Shown here: positions 39,253 through 49,500 of the stretch, piece after piece
How positions within the stretch are numbered: position 1 is the first letter of the stretch
Layout of the letters: every line of letters begins with the position of its first letter
Source of the DNA: Gnetum montanum
Taxonomy: Eukaryota > Plantae > Gnetophyta
Direction of reading: 5' to 3'
DNA length: 64,000 nucleotides
NCBI GenBank assembly: GCA_015680685.1
Contig: MNCI01002119.1
Coordinates: forward strand, 462,923 to 526,922
Translations under genes and position numbers: made by a program
Notes under the pieces: model-generated
What the model was told of the DNA's origin: nothing
Database searches by the model: none
The model's input: the letters and a program-made list of their open reading frames with translations, nothing else

Positions 39253-40624
39253 TCAAATGTAGAATGGTTTTAGGAACAAGTGATTGTTTGGATTCGCAAG
39301 CTCGTTCCCTTCCATATTAGCTAGCTTAAATGCTCCGTTGTTAAATGCTTTGGTGACCAAGTAAGGCCCTTCCCAGTTGGCTGAGAATTTGTCTGGGTGT
39401 TCCCAAACGGCTTTAAGTACAAGGTCACCTTCTTTGATAGGGCGCTTATGAATGTCATGCCAATGTCACTGCCGTTGTTGTTTTTGATAACATTCAATCT
39501 GATCGAGTGCACGTATGCATTCCTCTTCCACTGAGTCCAGGTCAATGATGCGCAGATCATTGTTTTGTCCTTCGTCGAGGAGTCCAGAAAGTGTGATCCT
39601 TAAAGATGGTACCTATAATTCTAAAGGTAAAAAAGCTTCTGAATCATAAACAAGACTATATGGTGTTTTACCTATTGAAGTTCGATGTGTAGTACGATAT
39701 GCCCACAATGCGTATATTAATTGTTCATGCCACCTTCGCTTGCTTTGGGTAAGCATCTTCTTGAGTATTGAAATAATCGTTTTGTTTGTCGGCTCTGCTT
39801 GCCCATTGCTCTAAGGATAGTAAGTGGATGAAAACGAGTGTTTGATCCCTAGATTTTCACAAAAGGTTTTGGTCTCAGCACTGCTAAATTGTGGCCCGTT
39901 GTCAGTGATGATTGTCATGGGAATACCAAAGCGGGTCATAATATTTTCGAGAATGAAATTGCACATGTGTTTAGATGTAGTTTTGCAAAGGGGAGCAGCT
40001 TCTACCCACTTCGTGAAATATTCTGTTGCGGTTATAATAAAACTATGCCTCGCAGAAGATGAGGGTGTTATTGGGCCGATAAGGTCCAACCCCCACTTTT
40101 GAAAGGGCCACGTGATTTGCGCAGTATGCAACTCATTTGGTGGAACATGGATTAGATTGCTATGTTTTTGACAAGTACTACATGTTTTAACCTTAGAGAG
40201 GTAGTCATACTCCATGTGTGGCCAATAGTAGCCTAAGCGTCTTATCTTCGTTGCCATGGCTTTTGGTACTATGTGTCCTCCGCATAGGCCCTCGTGTATT
40301 TGTTTAACAATGGTTTGGACATCGGTACTACCAATGCATGTTAGCAATATGCCTTCGTAGGATCTATGACACAATGTGTCCCCTACCAGGGTATACTGCT
40401 TAGAACATTTCCATACTACATCCTTTTGTGCATTTGTTAGATGTCATGGTGTTTCTCCGCGTAGAAGGTAGTCTTTTATGTCATCATACCATTCTATCGC
40501 GTGTGTTGTACTAACAGATGCGATCGGCAACGTGTCAAGAGTATTGGTTATTGGTTCGGCACAACTGGTTACGGAGCTTGGTAATGCATGGAACATGTTT
40601 GGCGATATGCTTAATGCTAATGTG
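39253..40624 (-). pseudogene. pol: pol of D, 3' part: end of aRH and integrase (HHCC, core, GPY/F; no chromodomain)
   Basis: HEGLCGGH...CSTCQKH, WGLDLIGP, ITDNGPQF, WEGPY; stop at 39253-39255. Confidence 0.93.
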
Positions 40625-40629
40625 GCTAA

Positions 40630-41867
40630 TGTACCGCTTGAAATTGTCGGTGTCCAGCTGGAAGGAAAAACAGAGACCGTGGGATCGCAGGGCGAGAACA
40701 GAAGACCCTGCTTTCGCCTGAGGGCGAGCTGGAATGCACGAAGGTAGAGTACCTTAGGTGGTCCGCATGCGGATCAGACAAGGATTTCCCCGCGCGTACG
40801 CAAAGTGCTATACGCTGGGTTGTGCGTAAACAATGTAGCTAGCATAAACAATGTAGCTAGCGTAAACAAAGCGTAAACGACGTAAAATAGATGCGAACAG
40901 AACGTGAGCGTAAATGGGCATAAACAGAATGCATGCGCCAAGTTGACATAAAACTGTAAACAATCTTAAGCAGCAAATGTAAATAATGGTATTACAGAGT
41001 CAAAGTACAGTGCACTGGTCAAACGCAGTCGTGAGGGAACACAAGGCAGACGAAAAGCCCCGGCATGTGCAGGAATGACTTGGCTGGTTCGCAAGGCAGG
41101 CGGAGCGTAGAGACTATGTGTATGGCATACAGGACTCTCCAGCGTAAGAGGGTTTCAGCTCTTGTGCGCAGTGTAAATGTTCTCTGGTATGCTCTGGGAT
41201 TTTGCCAACCGACTTGGGTGAAGTGAAAAATCGGGGTTTTTATACAGGTTGTTACGCTAGACTCGAATTGGGCGACACGTGGCGTGTTGATCGGGTGCAT
41301 ACATTTTACAAAAATACAATATATTACATCTGTTGGGCGTATACGCTGTGGGGCGGGCGTATACGCTGGGCGTATACGCTGAATGAGGCGGGCGTGTGAA
41401 CATGGATGGAGATGCTGAATGCTGGGCGTATACGCTGTGGATTTGAGCATACACGTTGGGCGTATACACTGATGGATGTGGGCATATACACTGATGGATG
41501 CCGACTAGCTTCAATTCTTGCTCTTCGGTGCCCTTCGAGATTCCATGTCGAGTGTAAACGATTACCGTGCCCGTCGAGCGTACACCGGGTGTGCGAGTTG
41601 GAATGCTTACGTTGGGGGTATACGCTAGGAATTCGAGCGTCCACGTTGGAGGGCGTATATGCTATGGGTTCGAGCATCTACGCTAGGGATGTACTTGAGC
41701 GTAGATGCTGAGCGTATACGCTGGCACTGCATACTTAGTGAAAATGAAGCTTTTTTGACCTCCAAAGTTGCAATGTGTGACGCCAAATGTAGCCATGGTT
41801 GTCTGTGGGTCTCAGGGACCGGCTTTTTGCTGGGAAAGTACAGAGCTCAGAATTTTGTGGTGTTTCA
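40630..41867 (-). repeat. 3' LTR of element C (1238 bp)
   Basis: TG/CA termini; roughly 90-95% identical by eye to 56392-57637. Confidence 0.95.
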
Positions 41868-41881
41868 TTGGCCCCTCTTTG
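41868..41881 (-). other. Polypurine tract of C
   Basis: Minus strand CAAAGAGGGGCCAA abutting the LTR. Confidence 0.85.
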
Positions 41882-42849
41882 TTGACTCTTGGAGGAAACG
41901 ACCTGAGAAGTGTCGACAAAGAAGTGCAAAACACCACAAGAAACTTGATGTGGATGTTGTCCTTGGCCACCTGACTAGACGTGATCGCACTGTGCTTGGT
42001 AGTACATAGGATTGGGGAAGGGGAATTTGGTATCTAGGAGGTCATGGAGAGCGTGGGACTTGATAACTAATCGAGGGGATTAAGCAGGGAAAAGGGAGAT
42101 GCTATGCGGCATGCCGATCCTTGTCAATAGCCATTGTTTAGCAGACTTGGAGTTCAGACATGTAAGATAGGTCCTTTGGCAGAAGACCAAAGCTACAGGA
42201 GGATGCATTACATTCTTTGGGAGAATAGGGTCTGTATTTTAGGAGGGACCTGTTGACGGATAGCCAAAGCCATGCGACTGGATGCTTCTTGACCTTTTTG
42301 GGCATGAGTACTTAGTTTTGAGATGACTGCCTTCCCGCCTGGGGCTTATAGGAAGTGCCCGGGATCTCAGTTTTTTTTTGTGCGTTGGTTTTGTACTCAT
42401 GCTCAGGTGTCAGGCCGTGTGTTGCAACTGCTGTAACGTGTTGCAGTGTGCAATAATGTGCTCAAGGACTTTTGAATGTATTCGGTGTATCGGAGGTCGG
42501 GAAATGGATAATGAGTATACCAGGGATGGGAATGTACTAGGGGACGGGTTGATGTAGTCTTGCCCTGTGTGCTATGAACATTATCCCATCTCGCTGCTTG
42601 CGATGAGATGCACCCTTGTGCGAACACCTCTGGGTATCATCCTGCAAATACAACTCCAAGGAAATAGGAAAAACATGAGTAAATAAGCGAGCTTGGACTT
42701 ACACAGTTGCAGACAGAACGAAGATACTGAAGGAAGGTTTGAGCACAGTGTATTAATGATGACGATGCTGGTGAGATTATCGGACGGTGAGCGATACAGT
42801 GATTCTGATGAGTGACTATGACTATGAAGCGGGAGCTGGAGATGAACGT

Positions 42850-43216
42850 GTTAGTTTATAGTCTTAATGGACTATCATGGGTTAGTTTTGTGTCGTAACC
42901 CGTTGGACATTACCTGTTTAGCGTCGTGGTGGACGTTACACTGCCAGTTTCTAGTCTTGGCAGACTGTAAAGAGGCAAGCCAGTTTATAGTCTTTGCGGA
43001 CCCATGGTGAATGCTACGATAGCAGTTTACTGTCATGCTGGACAGGTACTAGTTTGTCATCATTGCAAACACTGTGGGGTATCAGTTTATTGTTGTGATG
43101 CCAGGACAGTTGTGGTGTCAGTTTTAAGTCGTAACCCAGGACTATTCTGTGGTATCAGTTTACCGTCATGATTCCAGGATGAGCTATGGTATCAGTTTAT
43201 AGTCGTGATCCTAGGA
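42850..43216. repeat. Post-integrase hairpin-motif array of C (~11 copies)
   Basis: Collinear with D 38900-39230. Confidence 0.8.
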
Positions 43217-43242
43217 CTTGCATGTACCTGAGCGTATTCAAA

Positions 43243-45943
43243 CTTCTACCCACTTCGTGAAGTATTCTGTTGCGTTTATGATAAAACCATGCCCTGCAGA
43301 AGATGAGGGGGTTATTGGGTCGACGAGGTCCAATCCCCACTTTTGGAAGGGCTATGTGATTTGCGCTGTGTGCAACTCGTTTGTTGGTACATGTATTAAG
43401 TTACTATGTTTTTGACAGTCGTGTTCCATATACGGCCAATAGTAACCTAAACATCGTATTTTTGTTGCCATGGCTTTCAGTGCTATATGTCCTCCGCATA
43501 GTCCCTCATGCACCTAATCCACGATTGTTTGGGCATCAGTACTACTGACGCATGTCAGCAATATGCCTTCGTAGGATCTACGACACAATGTGTCCTCTAC
43601 TAGGATGTACTGCTTAGAACGTTTTCGTACAGCATCCTTTTGTGCATTTGTTAGATGTCTTGGTGCTTCCCCCCGTAGAAGGTATTCTTTTATGTCATCG
43701 TACCATTCTGTCGTGTGTGTTGTACTAACAGATGCAATAGGCAACGTGTCAAGGGTATCGGTGATTGGTTCAGCACAATTGGTTATAGAGCTTGGCAACA
43801 TGTGAAACATGTCGGGTGATATATTTAATGCTAAGGTTGCTAATGCATCTGCAATGGCATTGTCATTTCTGGAAACGTGTTGCATATCGATGCTCTCGAA
43901 TCGCCTCATTAGGTGCTTCACCAAGTCGCAGCATGGCTGTAGGTGTTAAGCTTTACATGTATAGACGTCGGTGACTTGGTTTAGGACTAGTTGTGAATCG
44001 CCTCCGACTATAAGCTGTGTGATGTCTGAAGCGAGTGCTGCCGCGAGACCTCTAAGGAGACCTTCGTACTCTACTATGTTGTTAGTATAATGGAAGTTGA
44101 AATGATATGCAAAGGGTTGGATCTCCCCGGAGGGATAGGTGACGACAGCGGCTGCACTTCCCCCTCGAGAGGTGGATGCTCCATCGAAGTTTAAAATGGC
44201 ATCGTAGCCATTGGGCACTATGTCTATTGTGTTTACATTTTCATCCAGAAATTCTGGCTCTATAATCATTTGGTCACGCGTTGGTGATGCGGCCATTTGA
44301 TTTGCTATGGCTTGACCTTTGATTGATGATTGCGCTACATAGTACAGGTCAAATTTGGCTATCATGGCTTTCCACCGAGCTATTCGGCTTGTTTCATAAA
44401 TGTTCCCTGTTATGGCTCTTAGTACATTGTCCTTGCAAATTATGTAAACCTGATTACGGAAGAGGTAATGCCACCATTTTCTTAAAGAAACGACCAAAGC
44501 TAAACATGACTTCTCCACGTCGTTGTACCTTTTTTCGTGGGCAACTAATGCGTGGCTCAAGTAATATACAGGGATTTCGGTTCCATCATCTTGTTTTTGG
44601 CAAAGCATAGACGCGATCGACGATTCCGAAGTGGCAAGGTAGATGTAGAATGATTGATCGCTTCAGGGCGGGTAAACCGTAGGTAGTCGGGAAAGTGCTA
44701 TTTTGATGTTTTCTAATGCTTCTTGGCACTGCAGAGTCCATTCATAATGGACATTTTTGCGCAATAGGTGGTTCATAGATTTTAGTTTTTCTGTGAGTTT
44801 TTCTATGAATCGCCTGATAAACTACAGTCTACCTTGTAGACCTCGAAGCTTGGTAAGGTTGCTTGGTGGTTTCAGGCTTGTTATGGCTTTGACCTTATCG
44901 GGGTCTACTCGTATCCCTGCTTTGGAGGCTATGAATCCAAGCATTTTGCCTGTTTTGACACCGAAGACACATTTTTTCGGATTAAGTCTTAGCTCGTATT
45001 TCAAACAACGTTTTAAGACTAAGTCGAGGTCCTGTACATGTTGTTCTTCCATTTTTAATTTAACCACAATATCATCCACGTAATCATTGAGTGAGTGTAA
45101 CAGGTAATCGCTAAAGATGAACGTCATTGCTCTTTGATACGTGGCCCCAGCGTTCTTGAGACCAAAGGGCATCATCGTGTAACAAAAGGTCCCCCATGGG
45201 GTCATAAAAGTTGTTCTAAGTTGATGTTCCGGATTAATACGTATCTGATTGTATCCTGAGAAACCGTCCATAAAAGATAATAAGGCATGCCCGGCAGTCG
45301 AATCAACGAGTTGATCGATACTGGGTAGGGGAAAGTCATCTTTTATGGTTGCTACATTCAGATCTCAGAAGTCAATGCATAGGCGAATGCTTCCGTTTTT
45401 CTTCGGGACAATGACCATGCTGGATACCCACTCAGCGTAATCAACAGCCCGAATGAACCCATCTTGATAAAGCTTGGTGATTTCATTGCGAACTGCCAAT
45501 GCCACCTCGGGTCTAACTTTTCGTGTCTTTTGCTTTATGGGTCTCAGTTTCGGGTCAAGAATGATGTTGTGCTGGACAATTCTAGGATCTAACTTGGGCA
45601 TGTCCGTATAGGACCAAGAGAATGCTTTCATATTTTCCCTAAGCACATTTTCAATATTCTTTGCTAATTGTGGTTGCAGTAATTTGCTCAATTTTAATAT
45701 TTTGATTTCCCCATCAGGCATGGTAATGGGGGTTTCAGCCAATGGATCTTCAGTGATATTTTCGGCCTCTATGTCAAGGAGCTTTGTTATGCCTCCATAA
45801 TCATCTTTTGTTTGTTGTGTTGAGGCTATGACTTCATTGTCCGTTGGTGAACTTAAGTCGATGAAATTTGTGTTAATGTCTCGTGTAATCTCGCCGTGTG
45901 GTCCGTCAATAATTAATGGTGCGATTAGATGTTGGCAGTCCAT
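43243..45943 (-). pseudogene. pol: pol of C: pre-RT extension, RT, RNase H, archaeal-type RNase H, truncated integrase
   Basis: IRLCIDF, MDGFSGYNQI, LNDYVDDIVVK, FDGAS...TNNIVEYEG...GDSQLV; frameshifts and stops; integrase deleted after FTKWVE. Confidence 0.94.
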
Positions 45944-46068
45944 TAAGCTTGCTCCTGCCAATAAACAGAGAGTGGAATAAGCACCAGGGGGAATCGTTCT
46001 ATGTTTTTTGATAATCTTGAACTGTGTGTACATGCATAATGGTGGATTATCATCACACCGGGATGCAT

Positions 46069-46139
46069 GGTAGTTTAAGGCCGTACCGGGCCGTGAGTGG
46101 TAGTTTAAGGCCATACCGGGCCATCAGTGGCAGTTTAAA
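46069..46139. repeat. Hairpin-motif array upstream of pol in C (GTAGTTTAAGGCC-N6-GGCC)
   Basis: 2-3 copies; D ortholog at 59865-59935. Confidence 0.75.
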
Positions 46140-46345
46140 ATAGAATGTTGAGAGTGAACGTGTAAAGTGGGGTCTACGTAATAATCTCTGGTTCTTAGTA
46201 ATTTTTATCATTTTTTATTATTTTTTTCAGGTAAATTTTAGTGAAAAATGAGCAAAAAGGCAAAAAGGCGAAAAAAGGAGCAACGGAAGCATAAACGATG
46301 ATGTCAGCGTCAGCGTCATCGTCAGCGTCAGCGTCAGTAGAGCGC

Positions 46346-46353
46346 TATATAAA
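46346..46353 (+). promoter_or_regulatory. TATA box of the antisense gene in C
   Basis: CTATATAAACAGGGGGG; D has CTATATAAAGGGGGGGG near 60139. Confidence 0.65.
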
Positions 46354-46584
46354 CAGGGGGGGTCCATTTGTTTTACTTTGAAAGCGACAGCATGAGCGAC
46401 AGCGTAAACTGTTAAAGCGTAAGCGTAGACGATTGTGCCCAGTGTAGACGCCGACGACAAACCCTAGCATAGACGCCAAGCACTTAAACCCCAGTGTAGA
46501 CGCCAAGTGTGAACCTTCAGGCGCCGGCGTAGACAGTTCTTCTTTTCGGCGTAAACTCGCATAGTCAGCGTAGAGGAGACGGAG

Positions 46585-49500
46585 ATGGGCAAGGGAAAGG
46601 AAGTGGAGGGCCAGGGGAGAAAGGATCCTGAGTTGACCTTCGCGGAGGAGACGGAGGCTATGCTGTAGGGCCTGCCCAGGCCAAGGCTCCCGTCATGGCC
46701 CGTGACATCTCACAGGTAGGCTCTGATCTCTGCTTCCGTTGTGATTTCTTTTGCTTCCGTAGCGTAGACAATCTCGGCGTGACGTATGAGGTTTTGTGGC
46801 GTACACTCCGAGTGTCGCTTTATGGTGTAAGGTTTTGCCAGCGTGATTTTCTTATTTTAACAGCGTAAGTTTTGTTTACTATGACGGCATATACGTTGAG
46901 GGTTTATTCGGTGTATACGCTATGTGTGTACAGTTATCTTTCCGACGTGATTGTAGTTTTCATCTTTCTGGCGTAAACTTACTCGTTCGGTGCTTGCGTA
47001 GACTGTTTACACTGAACGCGAACTTAGGTGTGTACGCTGAGGATTCCCCCGGTGTATACAAAGGTTTAGGCGTCGGCATAAATCAGTTCATTGTCGGCGT
47101 ATATGCTGAGTTGGGCAGTGTATACGCTCAGTGCACAGCGTATACGCTGAGGTCAAGCAACATTTTACGCTAACTGTTTAGCGTATACGCTGAGGTCGAG
47201 CAGCATTTTATGCTAAGTGTTCAGCGTATACGCTGAGGTCAAGCAGCGTTTTACGCTAAGTGTTCAGCGTATACGCTAAGGTCAAGCAGTGTTTTACACT
47301 AAGTGTAAAATAATTTTTCCGGCGTGTACGCTGGTTTGTGTGGCGTATACGCTGAGTGTAAACAGTTAATGAACTTTGGGTTTTGCATGTCAGTTTATAA
47401 CTTAAACTTCCTCTTTTTTGAGCTAATCTATCGTGGCATTATGATTGTTTTCAGGGACAGTAAGCGTTTCCTCATCGTCGTTGAGCTGGTTGGGGTGTTA
47501 TCATGGGTGGGCCCTATTGAAGATGGCGAGGTTCCCCCGGATCTAACCATGGATGAAAACGGGGTTTGGTTCAGGGAAGGCGCTAGCAAATTTCTGGCTT
47601 TCCTGTTAAACAATTTCAAGGTGGCCATCTGGTCAAATTTTAATGAAGTGATTGCGTGAAGCGTGCTTGATGCAATGTTGCCGGGAGCTGCAGAGGGCGT
47701 CATGGTCTTCATAGAAGACATTGACGAGGGACCTCTTGTGAACGAGGATGGCACTACCTGTGGGCCCAGGTCCACACGCCCATTAACGCGTGTGTGGGTA
47801 CTTTTGCCACGAGGGCTGGATTACCTCAACAATACATTGTTCATAGCTGGCCGTACACATACATTATTCCAGAACCCTCCCAGCATGGTGTATCGAGTGG
47901 CCAGGTAGGAATATTTAAGTTTACTATTTCCGTTCGCTGTTTAACGTTTGTTTCTTGTTTTGACCCATGTTTGCTTACAGACCAAAGACCAACCCAGATG
48001 GGACACTCATTGAAGATGAAGGATTAGCCCTTGCTCGCACTACCCTGGAGGCATTCATGATGGGCCCCACCCTTCGTGGGACCGTACTGAGTCAAACGAA
48101 GGTTTCGATGGTCCATTTTCACAATCAGTTCTTCAGAGCATTTGCGATGTGCAAAGCTCATGGGTGGCTTCATGAAGACTGGACAGATAATGGGCTGGTT
48201 TTCCCTCGCGACTTTGGCAGCACATCGAAATCTACCACTAACGGTAAATGATAACCTTGCCTAGATACGCTGGTGGGTTTATCTAACTGTTTGGAGTTAT
48301 GCTGATATGACCATTTTAAATTGCTTCCACAGTTAATGTGCCTTCTGGTGAGGATCCTGTGACAACAGGGCGAACTGAGACCACTCTGTCAATGAATTTT
48401 GGGGAGGTGGTTAAGGTGCAAAGTGGTTGCATAGGCAAGCTCTAGCATCCCTCACCCGTTGCCTAGATGATGCCAGCCTCATGGAGCTCTTTATGACGCT
48501 GAGTCCAGATGTATCCATCGGGGAAATGATTGGGATCGTGGACTCTTTCAATGAGTCTATCTCACACTACAGCACTCGGATCAAGGGTGTCAAGGTAGTT
48601 TTTCAGTTGTCGCCCGAGTTCTTTTTGAACTTATTTGACGTGCCGGCAGATGGTTTAACTATAGTATCAGACAGAACCCACAAGGAGCTCCAAACGATCC
48701 GCGAGTTGGAAGGTTGGCTAGGCATGGCCAAGGGTACCAAGGGATTCCCGATGCAGGGGAAGGGAAAACTTATGGCAGTGAACGAATTGTATCCCCTGTT
48801 CATGGCGCGGGTGTTCCCTAAAACCCTTTCCCAAGTGAGATGTCTTGGGGTTGAGGCTGTTCATGTTATGCGAACTGTCTTGGAAACGGGCATGTGGTAT
48901 AACTGGGCCCAATCTTTGTTGTCGGGTATGCGCAAGGAGATAGTGAGATTGCGTTCGAACACTGAGGCGCAGTCCCATTTCACTTTTGCATTCTTCGCCG
49001 GTTACCTGCGTTGTTTCGCCGAATTTCTCATAGTTCGTGGAGACAACAAGTTTGTTCTGCGAGATCAAGATCAATTATCCCACCCGTGGGTCAATCATTT
49101 ATTTGATACAGCTAAATCCCAAGACACACCTGAAGGCATTGATGAATCAACTTCTATTACTACGGGGGGATCATCTGGCGCTTCGATCCACACACACGAC
49201 AGCTTGGGGTTGGAGCCAGAAAACGTACCCCTTACTACTAGAAGGGCGGAGCGAGTTATCAAGGAGACCATCGTCCAAGCCAAGTCAAAACTAAAGAGGC
49301 CTGAATGCCCGAGTGAGGAAGTCTCCGATGAGAACCAGCCACGGGTGAAGCGCATTCGTTTTAAGATGCCTGGTAAGCGAAGCTCACCCACTCATGGTTT
49401 TATCATTTTCTCGTTTTGTTTATAACTTTTACTTTAGTCACTTACATGTCATTGCTATTTGGCTCAATTTGTTAAAAGTGAGGAAGCAGGCTTTAGAGAC

